DNA from: Acidimicrobiales bacterium
GTDB lineage: Bacteria; Actinomycetota; Acidimicrobiia; Acidimicrobiales; DASWIA01
Length of the DNA: 64,000 bases
Direction of reading: 5' to 3'
Assembly (NCBI GenBank): GCA_036397895.1
Contig: DASWIA010000047.1
Location: 20,237-84,236, forward strand
Below the pieces are notes generated by a model that was not told where the DNA came from, did no database searches, and saw only the letters and a program-made list of their open reading frames with translations. Every line of letters starts with the position of its first letter. The stretch's first letter is position 1. A program made the translations under genes and the position numbers. Shown one piece after another: positions 26,044-36,487 of this stretch.

Positions 26044-27801
26044 ATGCTCGGCGTGAAGATCCATCACCACAGCTATGACGCGGTGATCGTGGGTGCAGGG
26101 GGCGCCGGGCTGCGGGCCGCCATCGAGGTGGCCGGCAAGTGCAGGGTCGCGGTGCTCACGAAGCTGTACCCCACCCGATCCCACACCGGCGCGGCACAGG
26201 GAGGCGTATGTGCGGCGCTCGCCAACGTCGAGGAGGACAGCGCCGAGTGGCACGCCTTCGACACGGTGAAGGGATCCGACTACCTCGGTGACCAGCCGGC
26301 CATCGACGTCATGTGCCACGAGGCCATCGATGCGGTGATCGAGCTCGAGCAGTTCGGCCTGCCGTTCAACCGAACCCCAGAGGGCAAGATCGACCAGCGT
26401 CGCTTCGGAGGCCACACCCGGGCTCATGGCGAAGCGCCGGTGCGCCGGGCCTGCTACTCCGCCGACCGCACCGGCCACATGATCCTCCAGACCCTCTACC
26501 AGCAGTGCGTCAAGCGCGAGGTCAACTTCTTCAACGAGTTCCAGGTGCTCGACGTGGCCTTCAGCGACGGCCGGCTCGCCGCCGTCATCGCCTACGAGCT
26601 GGCCACGGGCGACATGCACGTGTTCCAGACCAAGGGCGCCCTGTTCGCCAGCGGCGGCTTCGGGAAGATGTTCAAGGTCTCCTCGAACGCGCACAGCCTC
26701 ACCGGCGACGGACCCGGGCTGCTCTACCGCCGTGGCATCCCGATGCAGGACATGGAGTTCTTCCAGTTCCACCCCACTGGCATCTACAAGCTCGGCATCC
26801 TGCTCACCGAGGGCGCACGGGGCGAGGGTGGCATCCTGCGAAACGCTGACGGCGAGCGGTTCATGGAACGCTACGCCCCCACGGTGAAGGACCTCGCCCC
26901 CCGCGACATGGTGTCCCGGGCCATCCTCACCGAGATCCGCGAAGGTCGCGGAATCGGGACCAGGAAGGACTACGTCCACCTCGACCTCACCCACCTGCCG
27001 CCCGAGCAGCTCGACGAGAAGCTGCCCGACATCACCGAGTTCGTGCGGACATACCAGGGCCTCGAACCGAAGACCGATCCCATCCCCATCCAACCCACCG
27101 CCCACTACGCCATGGGTGGGATCCCCACCAACGTCGACGGCGAGGTGGTGGTCGATGCTGACAACACGGTGTTCCCCGGTCTCTACGCCGCCGGCGAGTG
27201 CGCGTGCGTGTCGGTGCACGGCGCCAACCGACTGGGAACCAACTCGCTGCTCGACATCATCGTGTTCGGCCGCCGCGGTGGGCGCGCCATGGCCGACTTC
27301 AGCGTCACCTCCGACATGCCCGACCTCCCTGGCACCGTCGGGGACGTCGCGGGTGACGTCGTTCGACGGATCGACGAGATGAAGAGGCGCGATGGTGACG
27401 AGAAGCTGGCACCGCTGCGCGAGCAGCTCCAGGACTCGATGATGGAACACGCGTCGGTGTTCCGCACTGAAGCGTCGCTGACCTCGGCCCAGTCCACAAT
27501 CGACGACGTGCGCGAGCGCTACAAGAACATCACGATCGACGACAAGGGCCACACCTTCAACTACGACCTCACAGAGGCGTTGGAGATGGAGTATCTCATC
27601 GATCTCGCTGAGTCGCTGGTGGTGGGAGCGCAGGCCCGCACCGAGAGCCGCGGTGCCCACTTCCGAGACGACCACCCCGTCCGCGACGACGAGAGCTGGA
27701 TGAAGCACACGCTGGCCACCCGCCAGGACGACGGGTCCATCGCGCTGAGCTACAAACCGGTGATCGGCGGCAAGTACGAACCCATGGAGCGCAAGTACTG
27801 A
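26044..27801 (+). CDS. sdhA: Succinate dehydrogenase flavoprotein subunit SdhA
   Basis: ATG at 26044. The FAD motif is VIVGAGGAGLRAA, the covalent-FAD His region is RSHTGAAQGG, and HPTG and RLGTNSLLD are present. Confidence 0.95.
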   Translation: MLGVKIHHHSYDAVIVGAGGAGLRAAIEVAGKCRVAVLTKLYPTRSHTGAAQGGVCAALANVEEDSAEWHAFDTVKGSDYLGDQPAIDVMCHEAIDAVIELEQFGLPFNRTPEGKIDQRRFGGHTRAHGEAPVRRACYSADRTGHMILQTLYQQCVKREVNFFNEFQVLDVAFSDGRLAAVIAYELATGDMHVFQTKGALFASGGFGKMFKVSSNAHSLTGDGPGLLYRRGIPMQDMEFFQFHPTGIYKLGILLTEGARGEGGILRNADGERFMERYAPTVKDLAPRDMVSRAILTEIREGRGIGTRKDYVHLDLTHLPPEQLDEKLPDITEFVRTYQGLEPKTDPIPIQPTAHYAMGGIPTNVDGEVVVDADNTVFPGLYAAGECACVSVHGANRLGTNSLLDIIVFGRRGGRAMADFSVTSDMPDLPGTVGDVAGDVVRRIDEMKRRDGDEKLAPLREQLQDSMMEHASVFRTEASLTSAQSTIDDVRERYKNITIDDKGHTFNYDLTEALEMEYLIDLAESLVVGAQARTESRGAHFRDDHPVRDDESWMKHTLATRQDDGSIALSYKPVIGGKYEPMERKY

Positions 27802-28499
27802 TGCAGGTCAACCTCAAGATCAAGCGATACAACCCCGAGACCGACACCAAGCCGCACTGGCAGGAGTTCCAGGTCGAGGTCGAGGAGACCGACCGCGTGC
27901 TCGACGCACTGCACGAAGCGAAGTGGCGGCACGACGGCACGCTCACCTTCCGCCGCTCCTGTGCTCACGGCGTGTGTGGTTCCGACGCCATGGTCATCAA
28001 CGGCCGGAACGCCCTGGCCTGCGGGTTGCTCATGCGCGACGCCGGCTCCAACATCACCGTCGAGCCCATCCGCGGTCTCACTGTGATCAAGGACCTCGTG
28101 GTCGACATGGAGCCGTTCTTCGCGCAGTACCGCTCGGTGATGCCGTTCCTCATCAACGATGACGACCCCGGCTACAAGGAGCGCTACCAATCGGCCGAGG
28201 ACCAACAGCGGTTCGATGACACAACCAAGTGCATCCTCTGCGCGGCATGCACCACCAGCTGTCCGGTGTTCTGGGGCAACGGCTCCTACGTGGGTCCGGC
28301 CGCCATCGTGAACGCCCACCGCTTCATCTTCGACACCCGCGACCACGGCGCCGCCCAACGCCTCGACATCCTCAACGAGAAGTCGGGCGTCTGGAGGTGC
28401 CGCACCGCCTTCAGCTGCACCCAGGCCTGCCCGCGTGACATCAAGATCACCGAAGCCATCCAGGACGTGAAGCGGGCCATCCTCTTCGACCGCGTCTGA
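27801..28499 (+). CDS. sdhB: Succinate dehydrogenase iron-sulfur subunit SdhB
   Basis: Three cluster motifs are present: SCAHGVCGSDAMVINGRNALAC, CILCAACTTSCP and CRTAFSCTQACP. TGATG overlaps the sdhA stop. Confidence 0.95.
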   Translation: MQVNLKIKRYNPETDTKPHWQEFQVEVEETDRVLDALHEAKWRHDGTLTFRRSCAHGVCGSDAMVINGRNALACGLLMRDAGSNITVEPIRGLTVIKDLVVDMEPFFAQYRSVMPFLINDDDPGYKERYQSAEDQQRFDDTTKCILCAACTTSCPVFWGNGSYVGPAAIVNAHRFIFDTRDHGAAQRLDILNEKSGVWRCRTAFSCTQACPRDIKITEAIQDVKRAILFDRV

Positions 28500-28522
28500 C
28501 CCCCGTCGAGGCTCGGCCGTCA

Positions 28523-28676
28523 AGTCCCGCCCAACCCGAGGACTCAGCGATCGGACTCGGCGCGAGTCCCGCCCAACCCGAGGACTCAGCGATCGTTTCT
28601 TGGCGGCCGAGGACTGAGCCGTCGGAATCCGATAGGTGAGTCCTCGGCGCTCGGAAAGCGATTGCTGAGTCCTCGA
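28523..28676. repeat. REP/MITE-like intergenic element, copy A (GAGGACT[CG]A core)
   Basis: A 31-bp direct repeat AGTCCCGCCCAACCCGAGGACTCAGCGATCG occurs at 28523-28553 and 28565-28595. A third forward core is at 28607-28618, and inverted cores (TGAGTCCTCGG) are at 28637-28647 and 28665-28676. Confidence 0.85.
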
Positions 28677-28771
28677 CCGGTGTCGGTAGGCCGTGGATGG
28701 CTGGGGAGCCCGAGGGCCGAGAGGTGGGTTCCACCCGACTCGGGTGGAACGTCGGCTTCTACGATGCGGCA

Positions 28772-29512
28772 ATGGGCATGACGCCACTCCGGCCGGCCTG
28801 GGTGGGCCCCTCGTTGCTCACCACGGTCGCCCTCGCCACGCCCCTCGCCTGCACGTCGGGCCCGTCGGGCCTGACCGTTGGTGCTGCCTCCTCGCTGAGC
28901 GACCTGCTGCCAGCCATGGCCAGTGCGGCGGGGGTGGGCGACGTGAGCTGGTCCTTCGCCGGGAGTCAGACCCTCGTGGCGCAGGTCCAGGCGGGAGCAC
29001 CTCTCGATCTCGTCATCACCGCCGATGCGGCATCGATGCAGCGGCTGGTCAGCGAGGGGCTGGTGGGGACGCCGGTCGAGCTCGGAGAGGGTTCGCTGGC
29101 CGTGCTCATCGCCCCCCAGGCCTCCGATCGTGGGATCAGGTCGATCGATGCTCTGACCCGAGGCGATCTCGACGTGGTGCTGGCAGCGCCCGAGGTACCC
29201 CTCGGCCGGTACAGCCATGACGCCCTCGAGGCGGCCGGCGTCGCCGTGCAACCACGAGTCACCGTGACCAGCGCCGCCGGCGTGACCATCCAGCTCCGCC
29301 TCGGTGAGGCCGACGTCGGAATCGGCTACGCCTCCGACCTCGGCGTCCACCGAACGGGCGGGTTCGACGGCTTCGAGATCGACCACCCCGTGGAGTACCT
29401 GGCCGCCGTAGTGGTGGACGGTCGGCGAGCTGAAGCCGAGCGGCTGCTGGCTGAGCTGCTCAACGACGCGGCCGATTCGGTACTGGAGGCCGGGGGGATC
29501 TCACCGTCGTGA
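28772..29512 (+). CDS. modA: Molybdate ABC transporter substrate-binding protein ModA
   Basis: ATG at 28772 and a signal peptide. The N-terminal region (LTVGAASSLSDLL) and FAGSQTLVAQVQAGAPLDLVITAD are typical of ModA. Confidence 0.85.
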   Translation: MGMTPLRPAWVGPSLLTTVALATPLACTSGPSGLTVGAASSLSDLLPAMASAAGVGDVSWSFAGSQTLVAQVQAGAPLDLVITADAASMQRLVSEGLVGTPVELGEGSLAVLIAPQASDRGIRSIDALTRGDLDVVLAAPEVPLGRYSHDALEAAGVAVQPRVTVTSAAGVTIQLRLGEADVGIGYASDLGVHRTGGFDGFEIDHPVEYLAAVVVDGRRAEAERLLAELLNDAADSVLEAGGISPS

Positions 29513-30330
29513 CCCACCCGGTTCGTCAGTTCCCGCGCGTCGTCTGGGTGCTCGCGGCGCTGGGTGCGCTGGTGGTCGTCACTCCGGTGGCGGCGCTTCT
29601 CATCGAGACGCCGTGGTCGTCGTTTGGCGATGTCCTGGGCGACGCCAGTGTTCGGGGAGCCCTGGCCCGATCGGTCGGCGTGGCTGTTGGCGTGGCCGCG
29701 TTGAGCGCGGTGCTGGGAGTGCCGCTGGCTCTGGTGTTGGCGCGTTCTCAGCGACCGTGGGCCGGGATGCTTCGACGGCTCGTCGTTCTGCCTCTGGTCC
29801 TGCCACCCGTCGCCGGAGGCGTGGCCCTGCTCCTCACCGTCGGTCGGCGCGGGCTGCTCGGAGGCCCACTGGCGGGTGTTGGCATCGAGATTCCCTTCAC
29901 CATTGCCGCGGTCGTGGTCGCCCAGCTGTTCGTCGCCATGCCCTTCGTGGTCGTGACGGTGGAGGCGGCTGATCGGGCTCTTCCACCGGAGCCTGAGGAG
30001 ATCGCCGCCACGCTCGGAGCCGGCCCCGCCCGCCGGCTGCGGTCGATCACCCTGCCTCGCCTCGGTGGCGCCATCGGATCGGGTGTCGTGCTGAGCTGGG
30101 CCCGGGCCATGGGCGAGCTCGGCGCCACCCTCACGCTGGCCGGCAATCTCCCCGGCCGCACCCAGACCGGCCCGCTGCTCGTCCTTCTAGCCCTCGAATC
30201 CGACCCCAACGCTGCCGTCGTGGTCAGCGTCGCCCTCCTTGTCGTGTCGGTCGTCCTGCTGGTCGCGGGACGCGGGCGCTGGGTTCCCTACATCGGCTCC
30301 TCGAGCCGCTCGCGTCGGCCAGGCGGCTGA
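29509..30330 (+). CDS. modB: Molybdate ABC transporter permease ModB
   Basis: The GTG start overlaps the modA stop (GTGA). It is a multi-TM permease with an EAA-type loop (EEIAATLGAGPARRLRSITLP). Confidence 0.85.
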   Translation: MTHPVRQFPRVVWVLAALGALVVVTPVAALLIETPWSSFGDVLGDASVRGALARSVGVAVGVAALSAVLGVPLALVLARSQRPWAGMLRRLVVLPLVLPPVAGGVALLLTVGRRGLLGGPLAGVGIEIPFTIAAVVVAQLFVAMPFVVVTVEAADRALPPEPEEIAATLGAGPARRLRSITLPRLGGAIGSGVVLSWARAMGELGATLTLAGNLPGRTQTGPLLVLLALESDPNAAVVVSVALLVVSVVLLVAGRGRWVPYIGSSSRSRRPGG

Positions 30331-30411
30331 CCGCCCCGAGCGGCCAGCAGAGATCCCTTGGTTTGCCCAGCCGTTCGCCGACGGCGGCTGGGCAAACCAA
30401 GGACGGCGGGA

Positions 30412-31353
30412 TCAGCGCTGCGGCAGGTTGCGCTCGTACCAACCGGTGCCGGTGTCACCATCCGGTGAGGTCCAGCGGGCGTAGCAACGGCTGAACCTCG
30501 ACACCCGGCCTTCCTGGTCGTCGACGAGGATCACCGGCGCGTGGGCGATCGGCTCCACCGTCCACTCCTCGTCGCCATAGGTCATCGTCGCTTGTTCCAA
30601 GAGCTGCTCGTCGTCGAGCACCTCGGTGGCGGTGAAGCCCATCGTCTCCTGTTCCGATGCCGTGGCGCGGGTGCCGGTCGGCGTGACGAACCCGGCATGG
30701 AAGTCGACGCCGGCGTGGTCGAGACGCATCCCGTGCCGGGCGTGGGTCGGGGTGTGGAAGGTGGTCCACCACCAGCCGAAGGTCCACCAGTCGCGACTGC
30801 CCCACGAGTGATCCCGCTCACCCGGCGCGTCGATGGTGATCGTCTCGTCACCCACCAGCACCTCACCGTGAACACGACACGGGATTTCGTAACGATCGAC
30901 GCCGGGATAGGGGTAGGGCGCGCCGGTGGTCTCCCACTCGAGATCGAAGCCGAGCGCCGTTCTGTGGCCGAGCTCACCGTGGAAGGCGTCGGCCGGCTGG
31001 TCGAGGGTCACCGCGAACGCCTCCAGACCGAGGCTCCACCGGTCGAGCGGCTCCTCGATGTGATGATCGGCCCAGAGTCCCTCGTGGCGGATCTCGAGAC
31101 CGCCATGGCGGGGATGGACGACCTCGTGCTCTCGCACCAGCACCAGCGGCTCATCAGGTCGAGCGATGGCCGCCCAGTACCAGACCACGCCCTGGTTGGG
31201 GTAGCGGCCGATGCGGGCGTAGCCCCCGATGCTGCCGTCGGGGGAGGCGAAGTCGAAGTACCACGACTCGTTCCACCAACGGTCACCGCCATCGGGGTGC
31301 AGCCACTCGTCGGTGGGATCCACAGGCGGCGGGGGCGAGGCGGCGTCGGTCAC
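30412..31353 (-). CDS. Hypothetical protein (WNESWYFDF-containing, possibly a CrtC/AttH-like beta-barrel fold)
   Basis: ORF 30412..31440. The start is uncertain: I chose the GTG at 31353 to avoid overlap with the divergent gene at 31377. The body has good coding statistics, but the family assignment is only from memory of the WNESWYFDF-type motif. Confidence 0.55.
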   Translation of the reverse strand: MTDAASPPPPVDPTDEWLHPDGGDRWWNESWYFDFASPDGSIGGYARIGRYPNQGVVWYWAAIARPDEPLVLVREHEVVHPRHGGLEIRHEGLWADHHIEEPLDRWSLGLEAFAVTLDQPADAFHGELGHRTALGFDLEWETTGAPYPYPGVDRYEIPCRVHGEVLVGDETITIDAPGERDHSWGSRDWWTFGWWWTTFHTPTHARHGMRLDHAGVDFHAGFVTPTGTRATASEQETMGFTATEVLDDEQLLEQATMTYGDEEWTVEPIAHAPVILVDDQEGRVSRFSRCYARWTSPDGDTGTGWYERNLPQR

Positions 31354-31376
31354 GGTGGAGATGGTAGGCAACGACG

Positions 31377-31775
31377 GTGCTGATCGGATCGGAGGAGTGG
31401 GTGGCGGCGGTGCTGCTCCCGCATGTCGGTGCCCCGGCACCGCCAGTCGACGAGGCGGAGGAGGACGAGGAGGAGCAGCAGAAGGACGACATCGTCGTCG
31501 AGCACCGCCGGCCCCCTGAGGAGGGCGAGCGGTCAGAGGTGGTGTGGCACGTTGGTGTGCGCCAGGGAGAGGTCGTGGCCGGATCGGGCCCCGCCCCGTC
31601 GCCCGATGTCGTCATCACCTACACACGGGGCGTGGTGAATGCCCTGGCCGATGGATCGCTCGAGCTGCAGACCGCCCTCGCCGAGGGTCGGGTGAAGGTG
31701 TCGGGGTCGGCTCGTAGCCTTCGAGATCACCGGCGGGTGCTCGAGGCGCTCTCCAACGACGTCCCTACAGGTTGA
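31377..31775 (+). CDS. SCP2 sterol-binding domain protein
   Basis: GTG start. The N-terminus has GSEEWVAAV and the C-terminus has [19 protein letters not shown], typical of SCP-2 folds. There is an acidic insert, [14 protein letters not shown]. Confidence 0.6.
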   Translation: MLIGSEEWVAAVLLPHVGAPAPPVDEAEEDEEEQQKDDIVVEHRRPPEEGERSEVVWHVGVRQGEVVAGSGPAPSPDVVITYTRGVVNALADGSLELQTALAEGRVKVSGSARSLRDHRRVLEALSNDVPTG

Positions 31776-33159
31776 GCGCTTTCACCTCGAGGTACTCCTC
31801 GAGACCGTAGGTGCCCCACTCGCGCCCGTTGCCCGACTGCTTGTAGCCGCCGAAGGGAGCACTCAGGTTGGCCTTCTGGCCGTTGATGTCGACGTTCCCG
31901 GCGCGGATCCGGCGCGCCACCTTCTTGGCCCGCTCGACGTCGCCGCCGTAGACACCGGCGTGTAGGCCGTAGATGGTGTCATTGGCGATGCGGATGGCGT
32001 CGTCGTCGTCGTCGTAGCCGATGATCGAGATGACCGGCCCGAAGATCTCCTCCTGGGCGATGGTCATGTCGTTGGTGACGCCCTTGAAGATCGTCGGCTT
32101 CACGAAGTAGCCGGTCTCGTGGCCCTCGGGCTTGCCCGGACCACCGGTGACCACCTCAGCGCCTTCCTCGATGCCCAGGTTGAGATAGCCCTGCACGCGA
32201 TCCCACTGGGTCTGAGAGACGAGAGGGCCCAGCATGGCGCCATAGCCCTCGGCGATCTCCTTGGCCTTCGCGGCCACCTCATCGACCTTGTCCTGGGGCA
32301 CCAGCATGCGACTCCAGGCCACACAGGCCTGGCCCGAGTTCAGGTAGCACTGACCGATGCCGGCGGTGACCGCCTCGTCGATCGGTGCGTCGTCGAGGAT
32401 GACGTAGGGCGACTTGCCTCCCAGCTCGAGGGCGACGCGCTTGACCGTCTTGCTGGCCACCTCGCTGACACGACGGCCGGCAGCAGTGGAGCCGGTGAAG
32501 CTGATCATGTCCACGTCGGGATGGGCGGCGAGCGCCTCACCCACCACGGGGCCGGTGCCCGACACCAGGTTGAACACGCCGGGCGGCAGGCCGATGTCGT
32601 TCAACACCTCGGCCAGGAAGTAGGCGGTGAGGGGGGTGACCTCCGAGGGCTTCACCACGAAGGTGCAGCCGGCGAGCAGGCCGGGGATGATCTTGCAGGT
32701 GATCTGGTGGAGCGGGAAGTTCCATGGGGTGATGGCCCCCACCACGCCGATGGGCTCCTTGACCACCAGCGAACCGTTGAGGTCCGCCTCCCACTCGAAC
32801 CTGTCGGCGATCTCCACGTAGTTGCTGATCATCCCCATCGGGAGGCCGACCTGGATCATCTGGCTGAGGTTCTCGGGCATGCCGAGCTCCTCGGTGATGA
32901 GCGACGCCAGCTCGTTCATGCGTCCCATCAGCTGCTCGTTGAGCAGGGTCAGGTACTTCACCCGGTCCTCGACGTTGCTCTGTCCCCACGTCTCGAAGGC
33001 CTTGCGGGCGGCGGCGACGGCCTTGTCGACGTCGGCCGACGAACCCTCGGGAACCGATCCGATCACCTGTTCGGTGACGGGGTTGCGGACCTCGATCGTT
33101 CCGGTGCTCTCCGATGGGATGAATGCTCCGTCGGCGTAGATGGTGTCGTAGGTCTTCAT
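31765..33159 (-). CDS. Aldehyde dehydrogenase family protein
   Basis: 464 aa. The catalytic Glu region is ELGGKSP and the Cys region is [11 protein letters not shown]. The NAD-binding motif is [11 protein letters not shown]. Confidence 0.92.
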   Translation of the reverse strand: MKTYDTIYADGAFIPSESTGTIEVRNPVTEQVIGSVPEGSSADVDKAVAAARKAFETWGQSNVEDRVKYLTLLNEQLMGRMNELASLITEELGMPENLSQMIQVGLPMGMISNYVEIADRFEWEADLNGSLVVKEPIGVVGAITPWNFPLHQITCKIIPGLLAGCTFVVKPSEVTPLTAYFLAEVLNDIGLPPGVFNLVSGTGPVVGEALAAHPDVDMISFTGSTAAGRRVSEVASKTVKRVALELGGKSPYVILDDAPIDEAVTAGIGQCYLNSGQACVAWSRMLVPQDKVDEVAAKAKEIAEGYGAMLGPLVSQTQWDRVQGYLNLGIEEGAEVVTGGPGKPEGHETGYFVKPTIFKGVTNDMTIAQEEIFGPVISIIGYDDDDDAIRIANDTIYGLHAGVYGGDVERAKKVARRIRAGNVDINGQKANLSAPFGGYKQSGNGREWGTYGLEEYLEVKALNL

Positions 33160-33303
33160 GAGTCGGGATCCTCCCTGCGGTCGTCGCTCCCGGCGGAGGA
33201 CACGATACCCGCCGGTACCTCGGCTGCCCTATTCGCTCTCGTTCACCCCGCGACCTAGGGTCGGATTCGACCCCTCGACCCCTCTTCCCCGGAGCAGATC
33301 ACC

Positions 33304-34296
33304 GTGAAGGATCCCGTCCGCGTCGCCGTCACCGGAGCCGCCGGCCAGATCGGCTACAGCCTCGTCTTCCGCATCGCCTCCGGCTCGATGCTCGGCCCCG
33401 ATCAGCCGGTGCACCTCAGCTTGGTGGAGATCACTCCGGCTCTCGACGGGCTGCGGGGAGTGGCCATGGAGCTCGATGACTGCGCCTTCCCGCTGCTGGC
33501 CGGCATCACCCAGACCGACGACGCCAACGCCGCGTTCGATGGCGCGAGCTACGCCCTACTGGTCGGCTCCCGGCCCCGAACCAAGGGTATGGAGCGCAAG
33601 GACCTCCTGGAGGCCAACGGCGCCATCTTCACCGGTCAGGGTCGGGCCCTCGCGGCGGGGGCCGCCGACGACATCAGGGTGCTGGTGGTCGGCAACCCGG
33701 CCAACACCAACTGCCTCATCGCCAAAGAGAGCGCGGCGGGAATCCCCTCCGAGCGGTTCACGGCCATGACCCGCCTGGATCACAACCGGGCCAAGGCTCA
33801 GCTGGCCGCCAAGCTCGAGCTCACCGTCAACGACATCACCAAGATGACGATCTGGGGCAACCACTCGGTCACGCAGTACCCCGACCTCTTCCACTGCGAG
33901 GCCAACGGCGAGAACGCGGCCGAGGCCGTGGGCGACCAGGACTGGATCGAGAACACGTTCATCCCCACCGTGCAGAAGCGGGGCGCGGCAGTCATCGAGG
34001 CCCGGGGCGCGTCGTCGGCTGCCTCGGCGGCCAACGCCGCCGTGGACCACATGCGCAGCTGGGCACTCGGCACCCCCGACGGTGACTGGGTGTCGATGGC
34101 GGTGCCGGCCGACGGGTCCTACGGCATCGAGCCCGGCATCATCTGTTCGTACCCCTGCACCTGCGCCGGCGACGGCACCTACTCGATCGTGGGTGGCCTC
34201 GACCTCGACGACTTCTCGCGCGGCAAGATCGAAGCGTCAGTGGCCGAGCTCGGCGAGGAGCGCGACGCCGTGGCCGAGATGGGCCTGCTGGGCTAG
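33304..34296 (+). CDS. mdh: Malate dehydrogenase
   Basis: GTG start. The N-terminus is [35 protein letters not shown] and TRLDHNRA are present (MDH family). Confidence 0.93.
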   Translation: MKDPVRVAVTGAAGQIGYSLVFRIASGSMLGPDQPVHLSLVEITPALDGLRGVAMELDDCAFPLLAGITQTDDANAAFDGASYALLVGSRPRTKGMERKDLLEANGAIFTGQGRALAAGAADDIRVLVVGNPANTNCLIAKESAAGIPSERFTAMTRLDHNRAKAQLAAKLELTVNDITKMTIWGNHSVTQYPDLFHCEANGENAAEAVGDQDWIENTFIPTVQKRGAAVIEARGASSAASAANAAVDHMRSWALGTPDGDWVSMAVPADGSYGIEPGIICSYPCTCAGDGTYSIVGGLDLDDFSRGKIEASVAELGEERDAVAEMGLLG

Positions 34297-34302
34297 GTCT
34301 TC

Positions 34303-35499
<1,197 letters not shown>

Positions 35500-35571
35500 G
35501 TCGAGCGAGACTACCGGCCCCCAAGATCGACGCGCCCATCCGTCTGAACGGCGGATCAGATGGTCGACTGG

Positions 35572-36474
35572 CTAGCGTCGCGGCCGATGGCTGGCGGGCG
35601 TGGGCCGCAGGCCGAGGGCGGCGACGATGGCCCGGACCGACTCCGCCTTGTTCAGGGCGTAGAGATGTATGCCGGCCACACCCTCCCGAACGAGACGCTC
35701 CGCCTGCTCGACGGCCACCTCGACGCCGAGGGCCTTGGTGGCGTCGGAGTCGCCGTCGACGGACTCGAGCTCGTCGTCGAGGCGGGCGGGGATCGCGGTG
35801 CCGTTCATTGCCGCCATCCGACGAACGCCGGGCACCGAGATGAACGGCATGATGCCGGGGATCACCGGCTTGTCAGCGCCGAGGCTCGCCAGCTCATCCC
35901 GCATGCGGAGGAAGTGGTCGACGTCGAAGAAGAACTGGGTGATGGCGAAGTCGGCCACCTCGAGCTTGGCCGCCAGGTTCTTGCGGTCGGCCTGGCGGTC
36001 TCCGTTGGAGCGCGGGTGCAGCTCGGGGTGGGCGGCGACACCCACGCCGAAGTGGCCAGCCGCCCGGACCGCGGCCACGAGATCCGATGCGTGCTCGAAA
36101 TCCCCGCCCGGGTTGGACCCGTCGGCCGGTGGGTCACCGCCGAGCGCCAGGATGTTGTCGACACCTCCGGCCCGGTAGGCGGCGAGCAGCTCATCGATCT
36201 GGTTCGTGGTGTGACCCACGCAGGTGAGGTGGGCCATGGCCGGGAAGTCGAACCGTGCGTTGGCCCTGATGACCAGATCGCGGGTGGTGTCGCGGGTGGA
36301 TCCCAGAGCGCCGTAGGTGACCGAGATGAAGTCGGGACCGAGCGCCGATAGCTCGGTCAGGGTGCGGTCGAGAGCGGCCGCGGCCTCCTCGGACTTCGGC
36401 GGGAAGAACTCGAAGCTGACCGTGGGCCGGCTGTCGGCGGCCGCGCCGGCGAGCAGGTCGGCGATGTGAGTCAT
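35572..36474 (-). CDS. metF: Methylenetetrahydrofolate reductase
   Basis: ATG at 36474. VSFEFFPPKS, ISVTYGALGSTR, AHLTCVGH and ILALGGDPP are present. Confidence 0.9.
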   Translation of the reverse strand: MTHIADLLAGAAADSRPTVSFEFFPPKSEEAAAALDRTLTELSALGPDFISVTYGALGSTRDTTRDLVIRANARFDFPAMAHLTCVGHTTNQIDELLAAYRAGGVDNILALGGDPPADGSNPGGDFEHASDLVAAVRAAGHFGVGVAAHPELHPRSNGDRQADRKNLAAKLEVADFAITQFFFDVDHFLRMRDELASLGADKPVIPGIMPFISVPGVRRMAAMNGTAIPARLDDELESVDGDSDATKALGVEVAVEQAERLVREGVAGIHLYALNKAESVRAIVAALGLRPTPASHRPRR

Positions 36475-36487
36475 CGTGTGAGTCCCG

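Noticed and set aside
28500-28771. A molybdenum-cofactor (Moco) riboswitch upstream of modA.
   Set aside because: The context is suggestive, but the region is explained by the GAGGACT-core repeat element that is also present at 37435-37533. I cannot identify Moco-motif conserved features by inspection.
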